Source: a virus. Taken from it: a stretch of DNA of 61,592 nucleotides. The translations under genes were made by a program, and so were the position numbers. Below are positions 16,528 to 25,703 of this stretch, one piece after another. Each line of letters begins with the position of its first letter. Position 1 is the first letter of the stretch. Below the pieces are notes generated by a model. It saw nothing but the letters and a program-made list of their open reading frames with translations. It ran no database searches and was not told the DNA's origin. Location of the stretch: IMG/VR virus record IMGVR_UViG_3300012929_000002; one strand, given 5' to 3'.

Positions 16528-19010
16528 GCGGGAGCGTTCCTACGCTGGGACCTCGAGAGCCGTGGCGACACGCCGCGCTCATATATCTGGAGGTCGGTTG
16601 GCTTCCTATCCCGATTCCGCCCGGCAAGAAGCATCCTGTTCCAGTTGGATACACTGGAAATGAAGCTAAGCGCATAACCCGTTCGGTTGTAGAAGAATGG
16701 TTCGCCGAACTACCGGATAATAGCAACATCGGAACAAGAATTCCGGATGCAATTATCGTTATAGACGTAGACGCGTATAGGAATGGCGTAGCGACGCTCA
16801 AGGCGCGCGAGAAGCAGTGGGGCGAACTACCCGACACCTGGCGTAATTCTGCCCGGAATGACGGCGCGGGTGGACACATGTTTTTCCGGCTACCCAAGAG
16901 CGCGCTAGGATTGCACTGGCCCGGTAAAATCGGCGATGGCGTTGAAATTCTTCAGCCGACACATCGCTATGCCGTGGTGTGGCCCAGTATCAATCCTTCT
17001 AATAACCAGATGTACCGTTGGTATCAGCCCGGCGATCCTACAGAAGGTCCTGGATACGCTGGAATTCCTAGCCTGAGCGACATCAGAACTGAGATGCCAG
17101 CGCGTTGGATCAAGGCTCTCACTAACGGCGAGGCCTATCACTACATGCCCAAGAAGAAGGGCGTTAGTGAGGCGGCCGTAATCACTTGGCTCAAAGAACA
17201 GCGCACGGGAGAGCCGTGCACGCGTATGCGCCGTGCGATGCAACAGGCTACCAAGACGGTGGGCCCGGATGGCGGACACGATAGCGCCCTGTTTAGCGTC
17301 TACAACATCATCATGGGTGCGCAGGAAGGGCATATCGGTATCTATCAGGCTCTTTCCTATGTTAAGAACCTCCTGATAGAAGACATTACCGATGACAGTC
17401 GCCCCGGATCCGTACGCACATTGCAAGACGCGGAAGAAGAATGGAACAGAATGCGGGACGGTGCCGTGCGCACCGCCATGCAGCGTGTAATAGATTCTCC
17501 TGAAATGGTAGGGTCTCGTTGTCGTTGTTTGATAGAGGAAGTGGACGGACTATATCGTCCTCCGCCCGGGACGCGCACCGATCAGCAACACGCCCGTCAG
17601 GTTATTAGCTGGGTGAGCGACCAGGCCCGCTACGCCAAGGACGGTGCCGTCTGGGTGATTAAGGATGATGAGCGTTGGATAGCCGACCCTAGCGTTAATT
17701 CTCAGGGCGTGGTGGCTCTGGTGGCGGATAACATGCCCTTTGGGGAAGATCCGGAAGATGTTGAGGCAGACGACGAAGGTTGGAAGCCCGAATACTCTGA
17801 GTGGAAACTCCGCGAGAGATACGAGACCGCCAAGACGATGGGTGGCATAGCGGCCAAGGTGCAGGCCCTGGTCACAACTCGGCGCAGTAGTGATCCGTAT
17901 GTCGTTAACTTGCACGATCTGGACAAAGACCCGGACATCTTGTGGACTCCTAACGGCCCGGTGGATCTGCGCGGAGAAGAGGGAAAATCCCGCAATTCGG
18001 ATGAGAAGATAGATCCCGGCGCGGTGCACCTGCACTGTACCCGGTACAGCCCGTTGGCTGGCCCGGTGCCGGCCTGGCAGGCCCTATGTGCGGCCGTGTG
18101 GCCCGACCCCGCCGTGCGCGCCTGGGCGTTGCAACTGTTGGCCGTGGGGCTTACCGGCTACAGCCCCAAAATGTTCCTGCACTTCTACGGAGAGAAAGAT
18201 CGAGGCAAGACAAGTATTCCCACTTTGGTCGCGGATTTGCTCGGCAGTTACGCTCGTAGTGACTTGCAAGCCACCCTTATTGCGACAGATGCACAGCCGT
18301 GGGATCGCGCGGCATTGCACGGCCTCCGCTTCGGCTTCGTGGATGAAACCCCCGATCCTAGACCTCGTCCTACCGAGGAACTAAAGAAGCTAACCGGCGG
18401 GGCCGAGATTAACGCGGCCTATAAAAATAAACAGCCTTTTAAGTTTGATCCGACGCACACTCTGGTATTCGCCAGTAATCCCGAACCTAACCTGACCGAT
18501 CCGGCGGTGGTGGCGCGTATTAGGATGTTGCCGTGCACCGGTAGCATCAAGGGTATTCGTAGTGCGCGGGCTAAAATCGGCGAACTTCGAGGGCGGATTT
18601 GGCAGCAAGAGGCTCCCGGCGTGTTGTGGCAATTGTTAGAACTCGCCAAGCAATATGTCTCTAATAATGACGTAATAGCTCTGGAGAACGCTCCCGTTGT
18701 GGTCCGCCGGGCAGCCGCGGAGTTGCGGCAAGACCAGGATGTTTTGGGCGAGTGGCTCGATATGCACGCGCATACTGTGTCGCGTAACAAGCCGGAAGAG
18801 TGGCGTACGGTGCAGGAATTATACGATGGTTTCGCTAAATGGTGTGGGCAGAATTCTAGGACGAAGTGGTTTTTAGGCGGTAAAGATACGCGATGGTTGG
18901 GGAATCAACTTCGGAGTCGTAAGATGAATTCTGGTTATTTGTCTCGCCGCAGTAATAGTAAAACCTACTGGAATGTGGACTTTCTTCCTTCTGGATTAAA
19001 GGTTCGTTGA
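16524..19010 (+). CDS. Bifunctional Prim-Pol primase / P4-D5-type helicase
   Basis: N-terminus LPIPIPPGKKHPVPVGYTG and IVIDVDAY (Prim-Pol). C-terminus has Walker A YGEKDRGKTS and Walker B FGFVDETP. 828 aa. Confidence 0.8.
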   Translation: MSGSVPTLGPREPWRHAALIYLEVGWLPIPIPPGKKHPVPVGYTGNEAKRITRSVVEEWFAELPDNSNIGTRIPDAIIVIDVDAYRNGVATLKAREKQWGELPDTWRNSARNDGAGGHMFFRLPKSALGLHWPGKIGDGVEILQPTHRYAVVWPSINPSNNQMYRWYQPGDPTEGPGYAGIPSLSDIRTEMPARWIKALTNGEAYHYMPKKKGVSEAAVITWLKEQRTGEPCTRMRRAMQQATKTVGPDGGHDSALFSVYNIIMGAQEGHIGIYQALSYVKNLLIEDITDDSRPGSVRTLQDAEEEWNRMRDGAVRTAMQRVIDSPEMVGSRCRCLIEEVDGLYRPPPGTRTDQQHARQVISWVSDQARYAKDGAVWVIKDDERWIADPSVNSQGVVALVADNMPFGEDPEDVEADDEGWKPEYSEWKLRERYETAKTMGGIAAKVQALVTTRRSSDPYVVNLHDLDKDPDILWTPNGPVDLRGEEGKSRNSDEKIDPGAVHLHCTRYSPLAGPVPAWQALCAAVWPDPAVRAWALQLLAVGLTGYSPKMFLHFYGEKDRGKTSIPTLVADLLGSYARSDLQATLIATDAQPWDRAALHGLRFGFVDETPDPRPRPTEELKKLTGGAEINAAYKNKQPFKFDPTHTLVFASNPEPNLTDPAVVARIRMLPCTGSIKGIRSARAKIGELRGRIWQQEAPGVLWQLLELAKQYVSNNDVIALENAPVVVRRAAAELRQDQDVLGEWLDMHAHTVSRNKPEEWRTVQELYDGFAKWCGQNSRTKWFLGGKDTRWLGNQLRSRKMNSGYLSRRSNSKTYWNVDFLPSGLKVR

Positions 19011-19029
19011 GGCTAATGAGGCGATGGAG

Positions 19030-19325
19030 CAGTGCATGTTGGCCGCCGCACATGCACTGTCACATGCACTGCCTTTATTGCATAAGCAAATCCAATTTGC
19101 ATTCGCACACAGGATTGGCCTGGGATTTGCTTTTGTTAATAAAACAGTGCATGTGCAGTGCATGTGCAGTGCATGTCTACAGGCCACATGCACTGATGAA
19201 ACCGCAGGTAGAACGCCTAACAGTGCATCAGTGCATGTAAACGTTAGGTAGTAGCAGCATTATGTGTGTGGGTGCAGGCACACGGGAAGAGGTAAAACTT
19301 CCGAAACACATGCACTGATGCACTG
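19030..19325. repeat. Array of 11 CAGTGCATG/CATGCACTG 9-mers flanking an A+T-rich patch (candidate replication origin)
   Basis: Forward copies at 19030, 19145, 19156, 19167, 19221 (8/9) and 19229. Reverse copies at 19051, 19063, 19187, 19309 and 19318 (8/9). No credible ORF in the stretch. Confidence 0.85.
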
Positions 19326-19462
19326 GTTAGCTAGGCTAACGATATTATGGAAGGTGGTGAATCCTCTTGTTAACAAGTGGTGAAAGGAGTATGATTTGGG
19401 ATGAGGACCGGTAAAGAAGTAGGAAGGATGAATAGGATGTCTGACTGGTTTAACGGAAGGAG

Positions 19463-19675
19463 ATGGGACTGATGGCGACGAAGATTGTGCCGAGTGAACC
19501 GGGGCCGAGTGAGTTTAGTTGGGGGAAGGGGATTATGCAACCTCTGGCATCCCTCGCGACAGGGATTCCGAATGTGGAAAATCAGCTGAGGGCGTTGCAT
19601 CGACTGAACGAGGATCCGACGAATGTGATTGACACGGCAGAACCGGATTACACTTCGGATATTAGGGAGAAGTGA
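19463..19675 (+). CDS. Hypothetical protein (70 aa; alternative ATG at 19472)
   Basis: Track ORF with AAGGAG upstream. Confidence 0.5.
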   Translation: MGLMATKIVPSEPGPSEFSWGKGIMQPLASLATGIPNVENQLRALHRLNEDPTNVIDTAEPDYTSDIREK

Positions 19676-19971
19676 TGAGACTTCCAGACGACGACGGCAA
19701 AGTTCATTTCCCGACGGGGAATAATCCGCGGCTTGTAGCCAAGAAGATTGGAAAGTCGACGCCGCCGATAGTTGGGCCGGACGATATTCGGCAGATGGCG
19801 ATCGACGCATTGCAGATGCAGGATGCGCTAATCCGTATCCAAGCAATCCTCAAGCGGCCGGCGTCAAGCCACCAGTCGCTAGCGATGCATCACGCCTACA
19901 TGCTGCGAGACATCCATCAGGTCGTGAACCTTCCTGAGTCTGATACGATTAAACGCATCGTCGGCGAGTAG
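19672..19971 (+). CDS. Hypothetical protein (99 aa)
   Basis: Track ORF with GTGATGA overlap of the upstream stop. Confidence 0.5.
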   Translation: MMRLPDDDGKVHFPTGNNPRLVAKKIGKSTPPIVGPDDIRQMAIDALQMQDALIRIQAILKRPASSHQSLAMHHAYMLRDIHQVVNLPESDTIKRIVGE

Positions 19972-19984
19972 TGAGGAGGATGAC

Positions 19985-20680
19985 GTGCCCAACTACATCG
20001 ACCAGGGGGATTTTAGTAAGGGAGAGCGGGCGCGCTCCTCTCGGGGCGGAGCGGTGCGCAAGTTCCTGAAGGATAATCCCGTCTATTGCGGACACGACTA
20101 TCAAGAGGACGACCCGACCGTTCCGGACGAGGAGTCGTTGTGTGCGAAGAAGGCGGTTCGCTATACCGACCCTCCGCGCTGCACCGAGCACGGCGGAGTC
20201 GCAGCCGAGTTCAGTCGTAAGCGCACTGAAGCGGGATACGTCCGGGTTAATCCTAAGATGGCTGCGATACTCCGAGGCGACATGGACGTCGCTGACCTTG
20301 ACGACGAAGAGCTGGCTCGCGGTGAACTCCGGGGTAAGGACGGAAAGTTTCATAGAGGACCGCGGATGGTTCCGCGAGATATGTATACCCGGATGATGAA
20401 CGAATTGTTTAAACGTGCCAACGAACAGATGAAGACGAACCTGGTCGATGCAGTGAAGGTACTGACGGCGATAGCGACTGATCCAGACGCAGATCCCAAG
20501 GATGCGATGAAGGCGGCTCAGTGGTTGATTGAACGGGTGATGGGGAAGACGCCCGAGAACGTCATCGTCACTCAGGACAAGCCGTGGCAATCCCTTCTCG
20601 TTAACGTCACTACGGACAATCCTCAGGATTACGAAGCTTTCGTCAACGAGCAGGGAAAAGAAGACGACGACAGGTTCTGA
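19985..20680 (+). CDS. Possible small terminase subunit
   Basis: GGAGG then GTG. C-terminal KDAMKAAQWLIERVMGKTPE resembles the ...AAxxLLDRGxGKP motif I recall from actinophage TerS proteins. Lies upstream of TerL. Confidence 0.35.
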   Translation: MPNYIDQGDFSKGERARSSRGGAVRKFLKDNPVYCGHDYQEDDPTVPDEESLCAKKAVRYTDPPRCTEHGGVAAEFSRKRTEAGYVRVNPKMAAILRGDMDVADLDDEELARGELRGKDGKFHRGPRMVPRDMYTRMMNELFKRANEQMKTNLVDAVKVLTAIATDPDADPKDAMKAAQWLIERVMGKTPENVIVTQDKPWQSLLVNVTTDNPQDYEAFVNEQGKEDDDRF

Positions 20681-20725
20681 GCGCGATGAGGAGTTGCGCC
20701 ACACGTGTACGACTCATCATCGCGC
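20681..20725. other. Imperfect 13-bp inverted repeat (GCGCGATGAGGAG / CTCATCATCGCGC) with ACACGTGT in the loop
   Basis: Read directly. Starts 1 nt after the 20680 stop. One mismatch in the stem. Confidence 0.7.
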
Positions 20726-20841
20726 TCGCGTAGAGAGGCCGCCGGTTGCGCCAACCGGGCCCGGTGTGGCACACTGGGCAGGCACAACCACCGTGGCGCC
20801 GCCCAGCAGGGCCGCCACCAGCGCAAACCTTGGAGGGCACC

Positions 20842-21081
20842 ATGAGCGAACCCGGAGCGGGGGTGGCAATCCCCATCCCGGTCCTGGAGCACGGCGATTT
20901 GGGTGCCGCTCCCAACGTCACTCGCTTCGGACACCCTCGCAAGGGGTTGCGACCCATCCCCCGGTACCCGTTGAGTCTGGCCACCGTTGAGGCGGATAAG
21001 ATTCTCGCCAGTATTCGGCCGCTCAACGTCGGCGGAAGTTACCCGGTTGCGCAGGGCGGTATCCCTCCCGTCGGAACTTGA
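20842..21081 (+). CDS. Doubtful small ORF (79 aa) in a G+C-rich, stop-poor segment
   Basis: GGAGGG lies 4 nt before the ATG. In frame within track ORF 20746..21081. Several frames on both strands are open here, so coding status is unclear. Confidence 0.3.
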   Translation: MSEPGAGVAIPIPVLEHGDLGAAPNVTRFGHPRKGLRPIPRYPLSLATVEADKILASIRPLNVGGSYPVAQGGIPPVGT

Positions 21082-21098
21082 GCTTGCTCCTCGGCGTC

Positions 21099-21137
21099 CT
21101 CCGGGACTGCCGGGGCTTTTCGTCCCGGAGTTTGTGG
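21099..21137 (+). terminator. Hairpin terminator candidate (CTCCGGGAC-14 nt-GTCCCGGAG, then TTTGTGG)
   Basis: 9-bp stem followed by a T-rich tail, 18 nt after the 21081 stop. Confidence 0.5.
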
Positions 21138-21236
21138 TCATCCTCTGGGATCGCCCGAGCGGACCGTGCATCCCCTCGGTACCACAGAACCCTCGTAGAA
21201 GGATAGCCCTCCTCCTCCGGGGGTTCTGTGACGTGC

Positions 21237-21250
21237 GGGGGTTAGGGTAA
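21237..21250 (+). promoter_or_regulatory. GGGGTTAGGGTAA promoter-like motif
   Basis: TAGGGT at 21243-21248, only 12 nt before the ATG at 21260, which has no SD. This suggests a leaderless or near-leaderless mRNA. Confidence 0.35.
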
Positions 21251-21259
21251 ACTTCGCTC

Positions 21260-21595
21260 ATGGCAGCGACCCCAGTAGCACTAATCACGGTTACCCGTAG
21301 CGGAGTTGTGAACACCACTCCGCTAGCTTGTGACAATGTCAACGGCAACGTCGTAAACGGCAACGGCGGCGGAGTATTCCTGGAGTTCAAGAACACCGAC
21401 ACCGTTAGTCACACCGTTACTGTTGCCATTCCCGGCACATTCGACGGCGTGGCGCATTCCGGTAAGCCTTGCGTCATCCCGGCTAGCGTTACCTGGAAAT
21501 TCGGTCCATTCGGCAATGCAACGTATGGACAGAACCTTACATTTACTGCGGATAGTGCGTTGGTGCAGTACGCCGCGTACCAGCTCGGGACATGA
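21260..21595 (+). CDS. Hypothetical beta-rich protein (111 aa) coupled to TerL
   Basis: Track ORF. The stop overlaps the TerL start (ATGA). Gly/Asn/Val/Thr-rich sequence. Confidence 0.55.
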   Translation: MAATPVALITVTRSGVVNTTPLACDNVNGNVVNGNGGGVFLEFKNTDTVSHTVTVAIPGTFDGVAHSGKPCVIPASVTWKFGPFGNATYGQNLTFTADSALVQYAAYQLGT

Positions 21596-23217
21596 CGACG
21601 GGGCACGCCACTCTGAGCAAGTGGGACGTCTTCCGCTTGTGCGGGTGGCGCGCCCATCGTCTACAGAGGGGCATAATCAGTAGCCCACAGCGGGCGCGTG
21701 TTGTTTCAGCCGGAAGGCGTCTTGGGAAGAGCGAGATCGGCGGGCACGAGCTTGTTGTAGAGGCATTGGCGACGGCGCCGCAGGCGGATATATTAAAAGA
21801 GGAAGGCAAGAGGCGTGAGTTCTGGGTTATTGGGCCGGAATACACGGATAGCGAGAAAGAGTTCCGGGTGTTGTGGAATAGCCTCAGTAAGATGGAGGTT
21901 CCATTTGATAGACCCGGCAGTTATAACGATCCTATCGGCGGTAGCCTGCACCTTTCACTATGGGGCGGAGCTTTTCAAGTACACGGGAAATCGGCTAAGC
22001 ACCCGGAGACGCTAGTCGGCGAAGGACTTAGCGGAGTAGTGTTGGCGGAAGCCGCCAAGCTAAAGCACCGCGTGTGGACAAAGTTTGTGCGCCCCATGCT
22101 GGCGGACTATCACGGCTGGGCGTTGATGACCAGTACGCCCGAGGGAAAAAACTGGTTTTACGAGGCGTGGCAAAACGGCCAGAATCCGGGAATGAGCGAG
22201 TGGTCTAGTTTCCGGGCGCCCAGCTGGCGGAATCCATATGTATATCGCACGCCCACTACTGATGCGGACGTAAAGTATCTGCAACAGCTTATGACACAGG
22301 TGGTCGGGAATAGGAGGCGCACTGCGGAAGAACTAGTCCGCATGTTTGAGCTAACTATTGATGACGAGATAGTGTCGCTACTGGACGATCTTACTGAAGA
22401 AGCGTTCAATCAGGAAATAGGTGCGGATTTCACTGAGTTCGTGGGGCGGGTATTCAAGGAGTTTGACGAAGAGGACCACGTAAAGGATTTAGAGTTTAAT
22501 CCGCGCTGGAAGACGGTAGCCTGTACCGACTACGGCTTCACTAATCCTAATGTCTGGCTGTTGATACAAATAGGTCCATGGAATGAAGTGCATGTCCTGG
22601 ATGAAGTATACGAACGCGGATTAACCTCTGACGAGTTCGCTAAGGAGATAGTGAGTCGCGGACTGTGTCCCTTTGGCCTCACCACCTTTTACCCGGACCC
22701 AGAAGATCCCGGCAGCACTAAAACCCTTGAAAAGATTCTTCACGTGACCAGTAGCGGTGGCACGGGCGGAGAGTTATTTGACAGACTTCAGCATATTAGG
22801 GAAGCTTTGCGCCTCATGCCAGAACACCTGGAAGATGGCCATCCCGAGAAATCGCCAACGTTGCGGATAAATCGTCGCTGTGTAAATCTGATTCGTGAGA
22901 TGCAGGATTATCGCTACCCGGACACAAAAGAAGAAGCCGGTAATACGCACGAAAAGCCCTTAAAGAAAGACGACCATACGCCCGAGGCGCTCGGTCGCTT
23001 CTTCGCGGGTTACTTCGGTAAGCCGACTCTGCGTGGCGGGACGCGCGTGCATAAGGCAAACTTGGGGCGTCGCAGCGTTAAGCCGGACGATGGCGTAACA
23101 ATTAACGCAGACGGCACTCTGCGCTATCCCTACGGCGGACCGCCCGTTCACGGTATGATTGCAGGCCAGCGCGCCACACCGGAGCAGCTAAGCCGCACAG
23201 TAAAGAGGAACTGGTAA
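21592..23217 (+). CDS. Terminase large subunit
   Basis: Walker A-like GRRLGKSEIG, LMTSTPEGKNWFYEAW, and size and position ahead of the portal. Confidence 0.85.
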   Translation: MTTGHATLSKWDVFRLCGWRAHRLQRGIISSPQRARVVSAGRRLGKSEIGGHELVVEALATAPQADILKEEGKRREFWVIGPEYTDSEKEFRVLWNSLSKMEVPFDRPGSYNDPIGGSLHLSLWGGAFQVHGKSAKHPETLVGEGLSGVVLAEAAKLKHRVWTKFVRPMLADYHGWALMTSTPEGKNWFYEAWQNGQNPGMSEWSSFRAPSWRNPYVYRTPTTDADVKYLQQLMTQVVGNRRRTAEELVRMFELTIDDEIVSLLDDLTEEAFNQEIGADFTEFVGRVFKEFDEEDHVKDLEFNPRWKTVACTDYGFTNPNVWLLIQIGPWNEVHVLDEVYERGLTSDEFAKEIVSRGLCPFGLTTFYPDPEDPGSTKTLEKILHVTSSGGTGGELFDRLQHIREALRLMPEHLEDGHPEKSPTLRINRRCVNLIREMQDYRYPDTKEEAGNTHEKPLKKDDHTPEALGRFFAGYFGKPTLRGGTRVHKANLGRRSVKPDDGVTINADGTLRYPYGGPPVHGMIAGQRATPEQLSRTVKRNW

Positions 23218-23254
23218 TGGACACATATCCTCAGCACCTCTGCGAGGTGCCTCG

Positions 23255-24922
23255 GTGACTACTCCCAATCCGACCGCCATATTCAATCAGTACAGTAACG
23301 CGAAGATCTTCTTTAGCACCTCCGTTCCAAACTGGATCGGCGCCAATAAGGAAGACCAGGATCGTGTCCGGGCTTATATGTTCTATGAGCGGCTGTACTG
23401 GAACGTTCCCGATACGCTGGCTATTGTCGAGCGCGGAGAAGATAGCCTTCCCATTTATCTTCCTTCAGCCCGGAAGATGGTTGAGGCCTGCAATCGGTTC
23501 CTGTGTGTTGACTGGGACTACAGCATTACGAGCACGGCCGGTAGTGCCAGTGATCAGGCGCAGTGCAAGGTGTTGATGGACGGGTTGTTCAAGAATCAGA
23601 AGATGAAGGCGAAGTTCGCCCGGCAGAAGCGGTACGGTCTTATCAGGGGAGATGCCGTCTGGCATGTGCGGGCGGACGCTAATCGGCCGGCCGGCAGTCG
23701 CATCGACATCTATGAAGTAGATCCCACGAATGCGTTCCCTATTCTGGAGGATCTTAATCCGGATAGGATTATCGGATGGCATCTTATCGACCTAGTGCCC
23801 GACCCGCGTGATGTTACCAAGCAAGTGGTGCGTCGTCAGACATACACCAAGGCGACAGGCGATTACTTTGGCCCTAGTATCATCATGTCCAGCATCGGCT
23901 ATTACGAGCTAGGTAAATGGGACGACAGGAAGACGGCTACTAACGCCAATCCCGAGGTAGCCATGGTTCCGTGGGAGGGGGAGATATTGCCCTTCGAGCT
24001 GCCGACGGACATCACATACCTTCCGGTTTATCTAATCCCCAATCAGAAGCAGCCGTGTCAGACTTTCGGTAGTAGCGAGGTGCGGGGAATAGAGACTGTT
24101 ATCGCTAGCGTCAATCAGTCCGTGAGCGATCAGGACCTCACTCTTGCGATGCAGGGATTGGGAGTGTATACCTCCACGGCCGGGCCGCCGGTAGCCGCCG
24201 ACGGGACAGCAGGAACATTCGATATCGGTCCTGGAAGAGTTGTTGAGGTTCCAGCCGACGCTACATTCTCCAGAGTGAGCGGAGTAGGAGCTAGCCTGCC
24301 CGGAATTGAACACATGAATTTTATTCTTGGAGAAACACAGTCTGCCGTAGGCATCCCAGATATTGCGGCCGGCATTGTTGACGTCTCCGTCGCGGAAAGT
24401 GGCATCGCGCTCCAATTGCAACTCAGTCCTCTTCTTTCTCATAACAAGGAGAAGGAGACGGATATGATGGACGAGTACAACTGCATGTTCCGGGATTTGG
24501 TGGAGGGCTGGTTTCCGGCGTACGAAGGATTTGGTTCTAACACGGGTGTAGAGGTCACGATGATAACGGGCAATCCTGTACCCCAGGATAGAGCGGCCCG
24601 ATTTAAGGAGATTGTTGAATTGGTGCAAGCCGTCCCGCCGCTGATGTCTACTCGTACCGCGATTGATGAGCTAAATAAGATCGGGTACGACATGCCGAAG
24701 GACGAGTTGGATCAACTCACTCAGGAGGCACAAGCCCGAGCGCAGACAATGCAATTGGATCCGTTTGCTCAGCGTGCCCTGGGAGAGTTTGCTGCTCCGG
24801 TTAACTCGGCGGGCAATGCGGTGCCCCCTTCCACGCTGCCTGTAGCTCCGCCTAAGCCGATCAACGGTCTATCCGGGGGTGCTGGCGCTGCCGGGGGCCC
24901 TAAACCAGCCACAGGGCACTAG
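23255..24922 (+). CDS. Portal protein
   Basis: 555 aa directly after TerL. Called from gene order and size. No motif verified. Confidence 0.7.
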   Translation: MTTPNPTAIFNQYSNAKIFFSTSVPNWIGANKEDQDRVRAYMFYERLYWNVPDTLAIVERGEDSLPIYLPSARKMVEACNRFLCVDWDYSITSTAGSASDQAQCKVLMDGLFKNQKMKAKFARQKRYGLIRGDAVWHVRADANRPAGSRIDIYEVDPTNAFPILEDLNPDRIIGWHLIDLVPDPRDVTKQVVRRQTYTKATGDYFGPSIIMSSIGYYELGKWDDRKTATNANPEVAMVPWEGEILPFELPTDITYLPVYLIPNQKQPCQTFGSSEVRGIETVIASVNQSVSDQDLTLAMQGLGVYTSTAGPPVAADGTAGTFDIGPGRVVEVPADATFSRVSGVGASLPGIEHMNFILGETQSAVGIPDIAAGIVDVSVAESGIALQLQLSPLLSHNKEKETDMMDEYNCMFRDLVEGWFPAYEGFGSNTGVEVTMITGNPVPQDRAARFKEIVELVQAVPPLMSTRTAIDELNKIGYDMPKDELDQLTQEAQARAQTMQLDPFAQRALGEFAAPVNSAGNAVPPSTLPVAPPKPINGLSGGAGAAGGPKPATGH

Positions 24923-24977
24923 GGGCCGAGTAGAATAATGGCCAGAAAGCGTTTAGCGTGCCTGTTAGTGAGCGAGG

Positions 24978-25211
24978 ATGAAGATGGCTGGTGGTTACGG
25001 CACGGAAGGAGACGTGTGGCCTACTATGCGACGGAAGCCAGCAATCAAGATCAAGAAGGCGAACCGGGGCAAGCTTCGCAAGGCGACGCGAACCAAGAAG
25101 GGCAAGACGATACCGGTCGCAACTCTGCGCAAGCTGACGAGCAGTAAGAACCCGACAACGCGTAAGCGAGCGAACTTCGCTCTTAACGCCAAGAAGTGGA
25201 AGAAGAAGTAA
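24978..25211 (+). CDS. Lys/Arg-rich small protein (77 aa)
   Basis: Track ORF with G/C-ending codons (aag, cgc, acg). Followed by the RBS of the next gene. The competing frame 24938..25147 looks less gene-like. Confidence 0.5.
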   Translation: MKMAGGYGTEGDVWPTMRRKPAIKIKKANRGKLRKATRTKKGKTIPVATLRKLTSSKNPTTRKRANFALNAKKWKKK

Positions 25212-25221
25212 GGAGGCGAAC

Positions 25222-25650
25222 GTGGGCGGCACCGGTAGCGGAGGGGCTCGTCCTTTTCATACTGATCCTAAGCAATGCGAGTACTGCGGAGACACTTACA
25301 CTCCACGAGGTAATCGTTCTAAGTATTGCCAGGAGTGCGCGCCAAACAGGTGGGCCTCTGGGCTCATCCGTAGATACGGAATAAGTTTTAAGGATTATAA
25401 GCAACTCCTAGAAGAACAGGATTACTGCTGCGCAATATGCAGCAATCCGTTTAGGAGCAGGGAGCTGCCGATATGGGTGCCGGGACAAGAACGCGTCGCA
25501 ACTGACATGCACGTAGACCACGATCATATAACCGGTTGGGTTCGTGGGATACTATGTCTTTCCTGTAATACACGGCTAGCCGCTTTGGAAGATGAGAAGT
25601 GGCATGACAAGGCGGAGAAGTACCTCGCCGAATGTACGGAGGTGAGTTGA
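25222..25650 (+). CDS. HNH endonuclease, recombination endonuclease VII type
   Basis: CAICSNPF...HVDHDHITGWVRGILCLSCNTRL matches the Endo VII HNH signature. AAGGAGG RBS and GTG start. Confidence 0.85.
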   Translation: MGGTGSGGARPFHTDPKQCEYCGDTYTPRGNRSKYCQECAPNRWASGLIRRYGISFKDYKQLLEEQDYCCAICSNPFRSRELPIWVPGQERVATDMHVDHDHITGWVRGILCLSCNTRLAALEDEKWHDKAEKYLAECTEVS

Positions 25651-25703
25651 CACTGTGGCCAGGAAAAAGAGTGCTCGGGCTATTGCATCCGGAGTACAGC
25701 ATC

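Noticed and set aside
19145-19175. Possible CRISPR-like or minisatellite array
   Set aside because: There are only three 11-bp units with no spacers. The other copies are dispersed and in both orientations. This does not fit CRISPR architecture.
18996-19251. Track ORFs 19007..19240, 19024..19251 and 18996..19193(-) over the 9-mer array
   Set aside because: Their His/Cys/Met-rich translations are simply the repeated CATGCACTG read in frame. There is no RBS. I interpret this as repeat DNA.
20629-21402. 257-aa minus-strand ORF and several overlapping ORFs in all frames
   Set aside because: They arise from locally high G+C and scarce stop codons. None has an RBS, and they are mutually exclusive. 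Only 20842..21081 was kept, at low confidence.
24938-25147. Alternative frame ORF (MARKRLACLLVSEDEDGWW…) overlapping the 24978..25211 basic protein
   Set aside because: It has no RBS and odd composition (Gln/Asp/Gly-rich tail). The 24978 frame has gene-like codon endings and runs directly into the RBS of the HNH gene.
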